Program-made: the position numbers and the translations under genes
Origin: Eggerthellaceae bacterium
GTDB taxonomy: Bacteria; Actinomycetota; Coriobacteriia; Coriobacteriales; Eggerthellaceae
Direction: 5' to 3'
DNA: 64,000 nucleotides
Assembly (NCBI GenBank): GCA_050951095.1
Contig: JBMNIQ010000002.1
Coordinates: forward strand, 239,099 to 303,098
Shown here: one piece after another, positions 1 through 10,214 of the stretch
Layout of the letters: each line of letters opens with the position of its first letter
Position numbering within the stretch: position 1 is the first letter of the stretch
The notes under the pieces: model-generated
What the model was told of the DNA's origin: nothing
The model's database searches: none
What the model saw: only the letters and a program-made list of their open reading frames with translations

Positions 1-1
1 C

Positions 2-1066
2 GTGAAGCTGTCCACGTTGAAGCCCGCCTTTGTATTCACGAGCGAAAACAGCGTGCGCTTGGGGAAGTATACGTATTCGTTCCCCGTTCAGATCGAGGAC
101 GGGTATTACTACGGTACCGTGAAGCGCGAAGGCTCGAAAAAAGGTGCTTCCGGCGCGCTGTTTGCGGAAAGCGGAACGCTGCATGCCGCATCGGAGCTGA
201 GCATTGCCCAGAAACCGACGGGCCTCGCGGCGTTTGCGGAGTTCCTGGCGAATCTGGATTGGCGCCCGCTGTGGGTGTCATTGAAGACCACCGGCGTGGC
301 GCTGGCGTTCATATTCGTGTTCGGCATTCTGGCTGCCTGGGCCACGATCAATGCCACCAGTCGGCTAAAGGGCGTGCTGGATACGATTTTCACCATTCCC
401 ATGGTGCTGCCGCCGACCGTTGTGGGCTTCCTGTTGCTGATGCTGTTCGGACGTTCTACCGCCATCGGCCGCTGGTTCATAGCCCACGGCATCGACATCG
501 TGTTTACGTGGCCTGCTGCAGTAATCGCTTGCGCAGTGGTGGGTTTTCCGTTGCTGTACCGCACGGCGCGCGGTGCCTTCGAGAACCTGGATTCCACTAT
601 GCTGGATGCCGCCCGTACGCTGGGATGGACGGAAGGCCGCATATTCCGCCAGCTCATGTTGCCGCTTGCGTGGCCGTCTATCGCGGCGGGTACCGTGCTC
701 GGTTTCGCGCGGGCCATGGGCGAATTCGGCGCGACGCTGTTCTTTGCGGGCAACTTCGCCGGCGTGACGCAGACGCTGCCGATTGCCATTTACTACGACT
801 GGATGGCCGGCGACACGGATGCCGCCATCTTCTGGGTGGTTGTGGTTATCCTCATATCGTTCTTGGTCATCCTGTTTATCAACATCTACTCGTCACGCAC
901 GCAGCGCTATCGCATCGGCGGCGATGTTTCGCGCAAACGCCGCAAGCGCGGCAAAGACAGGGATGAGAATGGCAATAACGCCATTCGCGCTGATCAGGAA
1001 ACGGACAGCGAAACCTTGTCTTCGCTTTCGCCCGGCGAATCCACTCGGGGAGTGAGGTCGGTATGA
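2..1066 (+). CDS. modB: ABC importer permease, ModB/CysTW-like (open to the window edge, with an N-terminal extension)
   Basis: The ORF is open from nt 2. Residues ~85-300 show hydrophobic helices plus the permease EAA-type loop (DAARTLGWTEGRIFRQLMLPLAWPSIAAG). About 85 extra N-terminal residues and a ~55-aa Arg/Lys/Asp-rich tail are atypical. The stop overlaps the next ATG (ATGA at 1063-1066). Confidence 0.8.
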   Translation: MKLSTLKPAFVFTSENSVRLGKYTYSFPVQIEDGYYYGTVKREGSKKGASGALFAESGTLHAASELSIAQKPTGLAAFAEFLANLDWRPLWVSLKTTGVALAFIFVFGILAAWATINATSRLKGVLDTIFTIPMVLPPTVVGFLLLMLFGRSTAIGRWFIAHGIDIVFTWPAAVIACAVVGFPLLYRTARGAFENLDSTMLDAARTLGWTEGRIFRQLMLPLAWPSIAAGTVLGFARAMGEFGATLFFAGNFAGVTQTLPIAIYYDWMAGDTDAAIFWVVVVILISFLVILFINIYSSRTQRYRIGGDVSRKRRKRGKDRDENGNNAIRADQETDSETLSSLSPGESTRGVRSV

Positions 1067-2133
1067 GCCTTTCGGTCGATATACGGAAAACGCTCGGCTC
1101 GTTCGATCTGGATGTCTCGTTCGAGATGGAGAACGAGACGCTGGGGCTGCTGGGCGCGTCTGGGTGCGGCAAATCCATGACGCTGCGCTGCATTGCCGGC
1201 GTGGAAAAACCCGACAGCGGCCGCATTGTGATAAACAATCGCGTGTTGTTCGATTCCGAGAAGGGCATCAACCTTCCCGCACGCGAGAGGAAGACGGCGC
1301 TCTTGTTCCAGAGCTTCCAACTGTTTCCGAATATGACGGTAGAAAAGAACATCGGCGCCGGTATCGGGAAGGAAGTGAGTGCCGAAGAGCGCGCGCAGCG
1401 CATTCGACATCAACTTGAGCGCTTCCAGCTGGTGGGACTTGAAAAGCGCTACCCGGCGTTTCTTTCCGGCGGCCAGCAGCAGCGCGTGGCGCTTGCTCGC
1501 ATGCTTGCGGCGCAGCCGGGTGCCTTGTTCCTGGACGAGCCGTTTTCGGCGCTGGATGCGCATCTGAAAGCGCAATTGGAAGAGGACTTGCTGGACCTGT
1601 TCGGCAGCTTCAAGGGGTCCGTTGTCTACGTGAGTCACGACATCGACGAAGCATTCCGCTTCTGCGGTCGCATTGCCGTGATGGATGATGGCCGCATTCG
1701 CGAAATTGCGAAAACTACGGCGTTGGTAAAGTATCCTCATACGCTTGCCACTGCGAAGATCACGGGTTGTGAAAACACGTCTGCCGCCCGCAAGATCAAC
1801 GACTATACGTTCGAAGCCCTGGATTGGGGCGGTATGCGGTTGACGTCATCGAATATCATTCCCGATGATTTGGCGTATGTCGCCGTACGCGCGTTCTATA
1901 TTTCCCCGGCGCAACAGCAATCCATCAATGTGGTGTCGTGTACGGTCCAGCGTGTGTCGGATAGTCGTTTCGAACGAACGGTGGGCGTTCGCCCGTCAAG
2001 CGCTGCGGCTGTGAACCGGCTCATTCAGTGGAACGTCGACAAGCTGCAGGTTCCCGAAAGCCAGTTGCCGGACGTCGGCGACGAGGTGCGCCTGTTCTTC
2101 GACCCGAAGAACATGTACTTGCTGACGGAGTAG
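1063..2133 (+). CDS. modC: ABC importer ATPase, ModC-like, with a C-terminal TOBE-like domain
   Basis: Walker A GASGCGKS, signature LSGGQQQRVALAR, Walker B LFLDEPFSALD and H-loop VSHD are present. A ~130-aa C-terminal extension follows. The gene is translationally coupled to the permease. Confidence 0.85.
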   Translation: MSLSVDIRKTLGSFDLDVSFEMENETLGLLGASGCGKSMTLRCIAGVEKPDSGRIVINNRVLFDSEKGINLPARERKTALLFQSFQLFPNMTVEKNIGAGIGKEVSAEERAQRIRHQLERFQLVGLEKRYPAFLSGGQQQRVALARMLAAQPGALFLDEPFSALDAHLKAQLEEDLLDLFGSFKGSVVYVSHDIDEAFRFCGRIAVMDDGRIREIAKTTALVKYPHTLATAKITGCENTSAARKINDYTFEALDWGGMRLTSSNIIPDDLAYVAVRAFYISPAQQQSINVVSCTVQRVSDSRFERTVGVRPSSAAAVNRLIQWNVDKLQVPESQLPDVGDEVRLFFDPKNMYLLTE

Positions 2134-2317
2134 CTCTTTCTTGCCCTGGTCGGGGGGGGGTGCATTCTGCCCGCGAGCTCTGCTGCAATCTTTTCGCATG
2201 GTGCAACAACGGTGTTGCAACCTGATTGCGGGGTGCCTCTGCCGGTTCCCTATAAAGCCTGCTTTTTCGTTAGCATATGCTTATGCTCGATACGAACGAG
2301 AGAGAAGCGAGGGCGGC

Positions 2318-4858
2318 GTGGCAGCAGAGTATGAGGAACCGGATGCAATCGAAGTAGTCGGCGCGCGGGTGCATAACTTGAAGAATGTGGATGTCAGCGT
2401 GCCGCTGCATAAACTTGTCGGCATTGCCGGCGTTTCGGGATCGGGAAAGAGCTCGCTTGCCCTGGGAGTGCTGTATGCCGAAGGCTCGCGGCGATACCTG
2501 GAAGCGCTCTCAACATACACGCGCCGTCGCCTTGGCCAACAGGCGCGGGCCGATGTGGACCAGGTGGAGCATGTGCCGGCGGCTCTTGCTCTGCGCCAGC
2601 GTCCGGCCGTGCCCGGCGTCCGCAGTACGTTCGGCACCTCCACAGAGCTGCTGAATGCCCTGCGCTTGCTGTTCTCGCGCGTCGGTTCGTATACATGCCC
2701 GAACGGGCATCGTGTTCCTCCGACGATGAATGTTGCCCTGGAGAAGCCCATCGTGTGCCCGGAATGCCAGGCGAAATTCTACGGTCGGGGAGCGGAAGAG
2801 CTTGCGTTCAACAGCGACGGTGCCTGCCCCACGTGCGGCGGCACAGGGGTGCAGCGCGTTGTTGACGAATCCACGCTCGTCCCCGATGAAACGAAGAGCA
2901 TCGATGATGGCGCCGTGGTGGTGTGGGGCACGCTGATGTGGTCGTTGATGAAGGATGTCTGCCGCGAGATGGGCGTTCGTACGGATGTGCCGTTCAATCA
3001 GCTGACGCCCGAAGAACGTGAAATGGTGTTTCACGGTCCAGCGGAGAAACGCCATGTGGTGGTGCAGAACAAGGGATCGAATACGGCAACGGCGCTGGAT
3101 TTCACGTATTACAGCGCCGTGCGGTCCGTGGAAAACGCGCTGGCAAAGGCGAAAACGGAGAGTGCGTACAAGCGCATCGCCCGTTTCTTGACGGAAGGCC
3201 CGTGCCCCGATTGCCATGGCACGCGGCTGTCCGAAGCAGCGCGCGACCCGCAGGTATGTGGTATCAATTTGGCTGAAGCCACGATGATGACGCTCGATCA
3301 GCTTGCGGATTGGCTGCCCGGCGTTCCTCCGACGCTTCCGGAAGAGGTGCGTCCCATGGCGCAGACCGTGCTCGACAGCATGGACGAGCCCATCTTGCGG
3401 TTGCAACAGCTGGGCTTGGGTTACCTTTCGCTAGATCGTGCTGGTGCAACATTGTCGACGGGCGAACGGCAGCGCGTTCAATTGGCGCGTGCTGTTCGCA
3501 ATCGCACGACCGGTGTGCTGTATGTGTTGGACGAGCCGTCCATCGGCCTTCATCCGGCAAACGTCGACGGCTTGTTGGGTGTGATGGATGATTTGCTGGC
3601 GGACGGCAATACCGTGGTGGTTGTGGACCATGATGTGCGGGTGCTTCGCCATGTGCAGCATCTGATAGAGGTGGGTCCCGCATCAGGTGCTGATGGCGGG
3701 CGGATCATTGCGCAGGGCAGCGTGCCTGATGTGGAGCGGAATGAGGCATCGCGCATAGCTCCATTCTTGACCGGCGAGGCGAACGTGAGCGTTCGCCCGG
3801 CGATTCCCGCCGACGAGGTATTTGCCGAAGGAGCGATACGCCTGCAAATGGACCGCATCCATACCGTGCAACCGCTGGAAGTGCGTATTCCGCGCGGACG
3901 GATGACGGCCGTTTCGGGCGTATCCGGCTCCGGTAAGACCACGCTGGTGCTGGAAAGCTTGGTGCCGGCCTTGCGCGCCCTGGCGGCGGGGACGAAGCTT
4001 CCAAGCCACGTGCAGAGAATAGACGCGTGCGGCATCACCCGTGTCAATCTCATCGATTCCACACCTATCGGCGCAAACGTGCGGTCGACTGTTGCAACAT
4101 ATTCCGGCATTCTTGACGGCTTGCGCCGATCGTTTGCGAAGACGGAGGATGCGAAGGATCGGCAGCTGAAAGCGGGCGACTTCTCGTACAACACCGGTTC
4201 CCTGCGCTGTCCGACATGCGAAGGCACGGGAACGATCTCGCTTGATGTGCAATTCCTGCCCGACGTGGAGGTCCGCTGCCCGGATTGCCGGGGGTCGCGT
4301 TATTCCGAACGCGCGTGGCACATTCGCCGGCCATTGGCACATGCGTATTCGCTTCAGGAAGAAGGCGGCGCGGCGGAGGATGTCATCGAGGCCATCTCGT
4401 TGCCGCAACTGATGGAGCTTACCGTTGACCAAGCTTTGGAATGTTTGCCGGATATGCGCACGGTGCGCGGCAAGCTGCAAACGCTTCACGATCTGGGGTT
4501 GAGGTACCTTACGTTGGGCGAATCGACGCCGGCGCTTTCCGGCGGCGAGGCGCAGCGGTTGAAGTTGGCAAGCGAAGTGGGCCGCGATCAGCATGATGCA
4601 TTGTTCGTATTCGACGAACCCACAATCGGTCTGCATCCTCTTGATGTGCGGGTGCTGTTGCGGGTGTTGCAGGGGCTGGTGGATAACGGCGCCACGGTCG
4701 TGGTTATCGAACACGATCTGGACATGCTCAAGAATGCGGACTGGATCGTGGATATGGGTCCGGGCGGCGGCGAAAAGGGCGGACGCGTGGTATGCGCTGG
4801 TACGCCATCGCAAGTTGCCGCGTGTCCCGAAAGCATCACGGGAAGATACCTGCAATAG
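2318..4858 (+). CDS. UvrA-family ABC ATPase paralogue lacking the UvrB-binding domain (class II UvrA-like)
   Basis: Two ABC halves are present (GVSGSGKSS / GVSGSGKTT; LSTGERQRVQLA / LSGGEAQRLKLA). Zinc modules are CPNGH..CPEC, CPTCGGTG, CPDCHGTR, CPTCEGTG and CPDCRGSR. Only ~25 aa separate the first zinc-module halves, where canonical UvrA has ~140 aa. The start is placed at GTG 2318 after GAGGG; the ORF-track ATG at 2141 adds a non-protein-like leader. Confidence 0.85.
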   Translation: MAAEYEEPDAIEVVGARVHNLKNVDVSVPLHKLVGIAGVSGSGKSSLALGVLYAEGSRRYLEALSTYTRRRLGQQARADVDQVEHVPAALALRQRPAVPGVRSTFGTSTELLNALRLLFSRVGSYTCPNGHRVPPTMNVALEKPIVCPECQAKFYGRGAEELAFNSDGACPTCGGTGVQRVVDESTLVPDETKSIDDGAVVVWGTLMWSLMKDVCREMGVRTDVPFNQLTPEEREMVFHGPAEKRHVVVQNKGSNTATALDFTYYSAVRSVENALAKAKTESAYKRIARFLTEGPCPDCHGTRLSEAARDPQVCGINLAEATMMTLDQLADWLPGVPPTLPEEVRPMAQTVLDSMDEPILRLQQLGLGYLSLDRAGATLSTGERQRVQLARAVRNRTTGVLYVLDEPSIGLHPANVDGLLGVMDDLLADGNTVVVVDHDVRVLRHVQHLIEVGPASGADGGRIIAQGSVPDVERNEASRIAPFLTGEANVSVRPAIPADEVFAEGAIRLQMDRIHTVQPLEVRIPRGRMTAVSGVSGSGKTTLVLESLVPALRALAAGTKLPSHVQRIDACGITRVNLIDSTPIGANVRSTVATYSGILDGLRRSFAKTEDAKDRQLKAGDFSYNTGSLRCPTCEGTGTISLDVQFLPDVEVRCPDCRGSRYSERAWHIRRPLAHAYSLQEEGGAAEDVIEAISLPQLMELTVDQALECLPDMRTVRGKLQTLHDLGLRYLTLGESTPALSGGEAQRLKLASEVGRDQHDALFVFDEPTIGLHPLDVRVLLRVLQGLVDNGATVVVIEHDLDMLKNADWIVDMGPGGGEKGGRVVCAGTPSQVAACPESITGRYLQ

Positions 4859-4963
4859 GTTCCGTAATGCATGGGAGGGATGCGAACGTACGAGCGAAAT
4901 GACGTTGCGGAAGAGGGAGCGTCGCCGCTGCTTTGATGGGAAAGCGGCAGCGCCGGCACGTAC

Positions 4964-6646
4964 CTAGTTGGTGCTGGTCGGTGTCAGCAATGCAAGCTCG
5001 TCGTTCATTTCCTTGGTCAGTTCATTCTGGAGATCCTGCTTGTATTGCTCTCTGTTCGGTGTCCAGATCTTCGTGGGGATATCGCTTGTCAGTTTTTTGC
5101 CGACATCGGATGCTTCCAGCTGTGCCGTAATGCCGTTCGACACGGTTGTGGAATCCGCGTTTCCCGCTGGAGTGATTCCCAGCTTCGCACCTGCTGCAAC
5201 GATGTTTGCAACGGATTGCGTTGCAGCTTCGGATAGTGCGGCATCCACGGGAGTTGCTTCCTTGATAAGCCAGTCGGGGATTTCGCCGGTTATGGCGCAG
5301 TCGGACAATGCGTTCTTGTCGAAGCGTTGCAGGGCATCTGCTTCGTTCACGTAAGACTGCATGTTTGCTGCAAGAGCGGAATCATCTGCGCCTGTGCTGA
5401 GCTTCTCGCCAAGCTGGCTCTTGATGCCGTCATCGTTGAAGAGCTTGCTGCCCCAATTTTGCGAATCGCAATACCAATCCAAGAAGCTGTCTACGTTGTT
5501 AATTCGTGTTTGATAGGCCTGCGTTATCAACGGCGTAAGCGTTTCATTCGCCTGCGTGGCAAGAGAAGTGTATTTCTGCTCCAAGAGCGAATGGTCGTAG
5601 TATGTGCCGTCGGATACGTCGATGATGAATCCGACGGTGCTGCGTATCAGGCTCTTCACTTGCGTGACTTGTCCGCTCTGCTCGATGCTTGCCGCATGTT
5701 CGTCTGCGGCGACAGAGCAGCCAATGAGGATGACGGGAAGCAATATGCCCAACACGACATACCGTTTCTGCGGCAAGGACTCCGTAGAGGCGTTCGCGGA
5801 CTCTTTGATGGGGGAGAATGCCGTTTTCAACTCATCCGCGCGCAGCCAACATACGCCGAACAGGCAGGCGATTGAATAGAAAGTCGTGATGTTCAGGATG
5901 ACTTCCAGCACTTCGTAGATGCTATACGACACGTTGGAGATGGCGGACATTCCGTAGGCAGTGAGCCCTTGAGACAATGCAGAGAACCAAGCTAAATCGG
6001 AAATCAATGTTGAGGGAGAATTTTCAAAGGGCTGGTTGACAGAGAGAACCGCTTGAACGGGTCCTGTATATTCTGCCGGTTGTGTTGCATTCATCAATGC
6101 AACATTCGCGAACAGCAAGAGCACCGTTACGGCAATGCAACTTATGCGGATGATGTGCGCCTGTCGGAAAAATGGCGTGTATTCGCGTTCTACAAGCTTC
6201 CGTGTAAGCAGATAGGCGGCAGGGAAAATGAAGATAGCGGCAAGAACCAGCAGCCAGTTCTCTACCTTCCATCCAGGGGCTTGCAGAATAAGCGTCAGCG
6301 AGCAGAAGGCGGAAACCACGAACAGCACGATGATGCTGAGTATGCGCCCGTTGTTCAGCTTGAAGAATGTGCTGTCCGGCTGAAGTTGCTGATGGCGGAC
6401 CGTTTTTCGAAGAACGACATGTGTGTATAACGGCGTGATTGTTGCAATAACGCTCACGGCGGCCCAGAGCACTGCCACGCCCGGCAAGGGGAGGCTTGGT
6501 GCAACGATTGAGCCTGCATAGAGAAGAACGCACAGGAAGCTTGCTTTCGTGAAATAGCTGATCCAGTGCGACGGGGGCGCCGCCTGATTGCCGCTCAACA
6601 ATTCAGCGGTCGCTGCATCAGGATGATGTGATTCTATGGCGGCCAT
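4964..6646 (-). CDS. Polytopic membrane protein with a ~220-aa C-terminal extracytoplasmic domain, function unknown
   Basis: Start is taken at MAAIESHH (ATG 6646, GGGGAA upstream). About 8 hydrophobic helices are followed by a hydrophilic Asp/Gln/Thr-rich domain. The gene is visibly more AT-rich than its neighbours. Confidence 0.6.
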   Translation of the reverse strand: MAAIESHHPDAATAELLSGNQAAPPSHWISYFTKASFLCVLLYAGSIVAPSLPLPGVAVLWAAVSVIATITPLYTHVVLRKTVRHQQLQPDSTFFKLNNGRILSIIVLFVVSAFCSLTLILQAPGWKVENWLLVLAAIFIFPAAYLLTRKLVEREYTPFFRQAHIIRISCIAVTVLLLFANVALMNATQPAEYTGPVQAVLSVNQPFENSPSTLISDLAWFSALSQGLTAYGMSAISNVSYSIYEVLEVILNITTFYSIACLFGVCWLRADELKTAFSPIKESANASTESLPQKRYVVLGILLPVILIGCSVAADEHAASIEQSGQVTQVKSLIRSTVGFIIDVSDGTYYDHSLLEQKYTSLATQANETLTPLITQAYQTRINNVDSFLDWYCDSQNWGSKLFNDDGIKSQLGEKLSTGADDSALAANMQSYVNEADALQRFDKNALSDCAITGEIPDWLIKEATPVDAALSEAATQSVANIVAAGAKLGITPAGNADSTTVSNGITAQLEASDVGKKLTSDIPTKIWTPNREQYKQDLQNELTKEMNDELALLTPTSTN

Positions 6647-6747
6647 GTGGATGTTCCCCAGTTTGCTCCTGACAGATTTCGATACACGCGGAGTATACCC
6701 GAACGAAAACGGTGCTCGCATTCTACGGCCTGCTGTTCGCATAGGGG

Positions 6748-7021
6748 ATGAGCATGTTGCAACGCCTGCTGCTGGCAAGTTTTATGACGCTTGCGCTGCA
6801 TCAATTCGAGGAGTACCAGCTTCCCGACAGCGGGCACGTATACGCTGGCCGATTTGCTGTTGGCCATTGCATGGGTGGTCGTGAACTACCGGTTCGTTTT
6901 CCGTTCGCCGTTCTACCAGTGGATGGGTCGCAAGAAGCAGTATTCCTTCCCGGAAGATCAGGTGCAGAAGGCGAGTGCGTACATCGCTGCATGCCAAGCC
7001 CGCGCGGCGCAGGGCAAGTAG
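6748..7021 (+). pseudogene. Remnant of an HXXEE-domain membrane protein (two frames)
   Basis: One frame gives MSMLQRLLLASFMTLALHQFEEYQLP (HXXEE motif). An adjacent frame gives a plausible C-terminus (LADLLLAIAWVVVNYRF...QARAAQGK). The total is far shorter than the family norm. Confidence 0.3.
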
Positions 7022-7146
7022 CCGAATCGCAGCGCTGCATCGTGAAATGCGGGCAAGTGGGGGGAGCAGCGCAACAGGGCCCTTCCCCTTGCCCGCTGCC
7101 ATTCATACGCGGTCGGTGCTTTGCCGTCCTTGTTGAATCGGCGGCG

Positions 7147-8274
7147 CTATATCTGAGCGTGCAGCTTGTCGAAGTAGTCCATAACGGAGGGCTTCGTTGG
7201 GCCGGTTCGTTTGACTATCAGCGCATCATGGGCGCATGCCTTCAGGCACTGTCCGCAGCCGGCGCACCATTCGGATACGTGTGCCTTGCCGTTGACGACA
7301 TGAATGTTGTCATGCGGGCACGTTGCCTGGCAGGCTCCGCAGCCAATGCAGCGCTCTGCATCCACCACGCAGCTCCAGCCGCTGCGTTGATGCAGAATAC
7401 GCTTGAGTTCTCCGCCGGCGCCCTGCTCGAACTTCACGGCCGAACAGCAGCAGGGGCAGCAGAAGCAGATTTCCAGGAAATTCGGCATATCCTTGTCGTG
7501 GAAGCCCCATACGTACTCTTCCACCTCTACAAAATAGGCGCTGGCGGAAAGACCCGCTGCCTTGGCGCGGTCGATATGGTCGTGCGCTTGCTGTTTTGTG
7601 GCCTTAATGGCAATGCCGCGTTCGACGCACGAGCGCGCCGCCGGTCCCAAGAACAGACAGCCCAGGTCAAGCGGATAGTCCGTGCAGCCTTGAATCTTTC
7701 GGCAGAGGCATTCGTTCATAATGGCCAGATACGTGGCGCTTTCAACGGCATCGTGCAGCATTTCCTCGGGCGGCTTCACGGCATGGACGTTCGAGAACGC
7801 CGTAGTGTTCATCTGGATTCGCCGGGTGCCAGTAGCGGGAGAAGGCTTCGCGGTAGCGGCGTGTGCTCCTGCTGACAGAGTACTTGCAGCCGTTTCTTCG
7901 GCGGAACCGCTGCTTGACGGCTGATGTTCAGCGGCATGCACCGCGGATGCTCCGGATGGCGCATCCTGCGCACTCTGCGTTCCGGGTGAGCCAAGCGGCT
8001 TTTCGCCATCGACCCAGAACGGCATCGAAACGCCCTTCGTGTTGTGGGTGCCGCCCATCATGGCAATGCCTTTGATCAGGGCGTCCGTCGGAGGAAACTT
8101 CGTCAGCGGCGCCGCGGCGATGATGGTGCGGAAGAACATCTGGCCGAATCGGTCGTCGCCTTCTTTTGCCGCGGTGATGTTCTTTATGGCATCGCGAATG
8201 CCAAGAATGGGCTTTCGAGGCTGATAGTCTTTCTCGCAATTACCCAGACGGTTCCAGTTGTATTCGTGAGTCAT
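7147..8274 (-). CDS. Iron-sulfur protein with a C-terminal 2x[4Fe-4S] ferredoxin domain and a CFCCPCCC motif
   Basis: CIGCGACQATCP and CAGCGQCLKACA ferredoxin motifs are present, preceded by ICFCCPCCCS. A ~60-aa Ser/Ala/Pro low-complexity insert splits the N-terminal domain from the rest. Confidence 0.75.
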   Translation of the reverse strand: MTHEYNWNRLGNCEKDYQPRKPILGIRDAIKNITAAKEGDDRFGQMFFRTIIAAAPLTKFPPTDALIKGIAMMGGTHNTKGVSMPFWVDGEKPLGSPGTQSAQDAPSGASAVHAAEHQPSSSGSAEETAASTLSAGAHAATAKPSPATGTRRIQMNTTAFSNVHAVKPPEEMLHDAVESATYLAIMNECLCRKIQGCTDYPLDLGCLFLGPAARSCVERGIAIKATKQQAHDHIDRAKAAGLSASAYFVEVEEYVWGFHDKDMPNFLEICFCCPCCCSAVKFEQGAGGELKRILHQRSGWSCVVDAERCIGCGACQATCPHDNIHVVNGKAHVSEWCAGCGQCLKACAHDALIVKRTGPTKPSVMDYFDKLHAQI

Positions 8275-8525
8275 CGCAGCGCCTCCCCCTGATTGCGGCC
8301 GCTTTTTGCCTTCGCATTCAGTTCCTTAACTCGAAGCATAGTGTGCGGTCAGCGCGCCTGTCACGGTTCAAAACATTGGAATTGTCTCATCCTAAGCGGA
8401 GGCAAAGGCGGTACATGGCGCCCACTGGTATGCGGGGAAGCGCCCGTCGTTCTGAAGTTGCCGCAGCTGGGGTGTTAGCGCTGGAAAACGGTATCTACTG
8501 GAAAGTCTTGGCGCTCGATGACGCC

Positions 8526-9431
8526 CTAGATTTCCCGTGAGCGCGAAGGCTCGTTCGAGTGGAGCTGGACGACAATGATCGCGGCAAAAATAAGCACGAA
8601 ACCCACCAGCATCTTGAGCGTGAATACCTCGCCGAAGAACAGCGCTCCGAACACGGCGCAGAACACGCTCTCCAATGAGCAGAGCAGACCCGCCTCGGCC
8701 GCTGGGATGTGCTTCTGCGCAATGTTCTGAGCGATGGCCCCGAACGCGGCCGATCCCAGAATGACGTACGCCATCGACCCGAGGAAATCCGGGGATGACA
8801 GCTGGGCCGCAGTTGGCCAGGGCTGCGAAACCATGGCGATTATCAGGGCAAGCACGCCGGCAACCAGTTGCTGGACAACCGTGACCGTGATCACGTCGTT
8901 GCCCTTCAAAGCAAGGCTGATGATCACGATCTCGCCGCCATATAGGAAGGCCGAAAGGATGCTCACGCCGTCGCCGAGCCCGATCGAGAGGCTGTCGGTG
9001 AGCGAGACAAGGCCGATGCCGACCGTGCAAACGGCTGCGGCGCCGATGGTCCACGCATTCGGCCGGCGCTTCGTGATAACCCACCACACGAACGGAACCG
9101 TGATGCAGTAACAGGCACTCAGGAACGCGTTCTTCGACGGTGTGGTCCATTCCAGACCGATGAATTGGGACCAGAATCCGAGAAACGATGCAACGCCGAT
9201 AATGCATCCGGACCTGAGAACCTGGCTGTTGAAGTTCTTCTTTACGTGCGGCCACATAATCAGCGCCAGCACGACTGTTGCGCCAAGGAACCGAAACGCC
9301 GTGAACCAAGTGGCGCCCACGACGGAAATTGCACCTTTGCCGATGGTGAAGCCGAGACCCCAGACAGCGGCGGCCGATATCAGCAGCAGGCGATACGCTG
9401 CCAAGGGGAAATTACGTTTTGATGATTGCAT
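8526..9431 (-). CDS. EamA/DMT-family transporter
   Basis: Start at MQSSKRNF (ATG 9431). There are ten predicted helices in two EamA-like halves. Confidence 0.8.
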   Translation of the reverse strand: MQSSKRNFPLAAYRLLLISAAAVWGLGFTIGKGAISVVGATWFTAFRFLGATVVLALIMWPHVKKNFNSQVLRSGCIIGVASFLGFWSQFIGLEWTTPSKNAFLSACYCITVPFVWWVITKRRPNAWTIGAAAVCTVGIGLVSLTDSLSIGLGDGVSILSAFLYGGEIVIISLALKGNDVITVTVVQQLVAGVLALIIAMVSQPWPTAAQLSSPDFLGSMAYVILGSAAFGAIAQNIAQKHIPAAEAGLLCSLESVFCAVFGALFFGEVFTLKMLVGFVLIFAAIIVVQLHSNEPSRSREI

Positions 9432-9579
9432 GCGAATGAGTATAGCGGTGATTGAGGGTAATGCCCTGCATTGCATTCTTGTGTAGTTACCATCGCTCCG
9501 CGCCCCGCTCGTTACCTTCTCGAAAATGCGCTGGTGTAACGTGAGAATCGACAACCCATAACAAGAAAGGATATTGAAT

Positions 9580-10113
9580 ATGGATGTATCCGAAGCAATC
9601 AATCGCCGTCGTTCTATCAGGAGCTTTACCGGGGAAGAGCCCGACGAAGGTGCCTTGAAGGCCATTCTGAAAGCTGCCGAGGAGGCGCCGGTCGGCATGG
9701 GACAGTTCGAGAACTACCGTCTGACCGTGTTGAAGAACAAAGATGTGCTGGGCAAGATCAACGAATGCGCTGCAGCAATATTCAATCGGCCTGGCATGGA
9801 TGCGTTCTACGGTGCGCCGATGCTCGTGGTGGTTTCGACGAAAAAGCCCGCTCCGGGACTGGAGAATGCCGTGTATTCCAGCTGCGCCTGCATCGTGCAG
9901 AACATGGCCTTGGAAGCAGTTGAACAGGGAGTTGGCTGCTGCCATATCTGGGGCGCGATCATGGCCGCCCAACGCAACGAGAACGTTGTGGCCAGCTTGC
10001 AGCTTCCCGATGGCTTCGTGCCCTGCTGCGGCATAGCCCTGGGCAAGACGAATGAGGCGTTCGAACCGCGCGACATCGACCAGAACCGCCTGGCCCTCAA
10101 TGTGATTGAATAG
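9580..10113 (+). CDS. Nitroreductase-family flavoprotein
   Basis: The N-terminal AINRRRSIRSF motif and overall size are typical. ATG 9580 lies behind AAAGGA; the ORF-track start at 9574 is TTG. Confidence 0.85.
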   Translation: MDVSEAINRRRSIRSFTGEEPDEGALKAILKAAEEAPVGMGQFENYRLTVLKNKDVLGKINECAAAIFNRPGMDAFYGAPMLVVVSTKKPAPGLENAVYSSCACIVQNMALEAVEQGVGCCHIWGAIMAAQRNENVVASLQLPDGFVPCCGIALGKTNEAFEPRDIDQNRLALNVIE

Positions 10114-10214
10114 CGGCTTGCTTTTTACAAAAAATTATAAATTGTAGTTGCTCTCTCTGACAGCATAAGGCAGAATCAATCGGCGCGAAGGGGGATTGCA
10201 GGGGAGGCTTCAAG

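Noticed and set aside
8275-8525. Possible riboswitch (a Moco-type was considered because of GCCTCCGC and the nearby mod genes) in the 250-nt leader of the Fe-S gene.
   Set aside because: I could not match the conserved Moco, cobalamin or other riboswitch cores by eye. A covariance-model scan (Rfam cmscan) would be needed.
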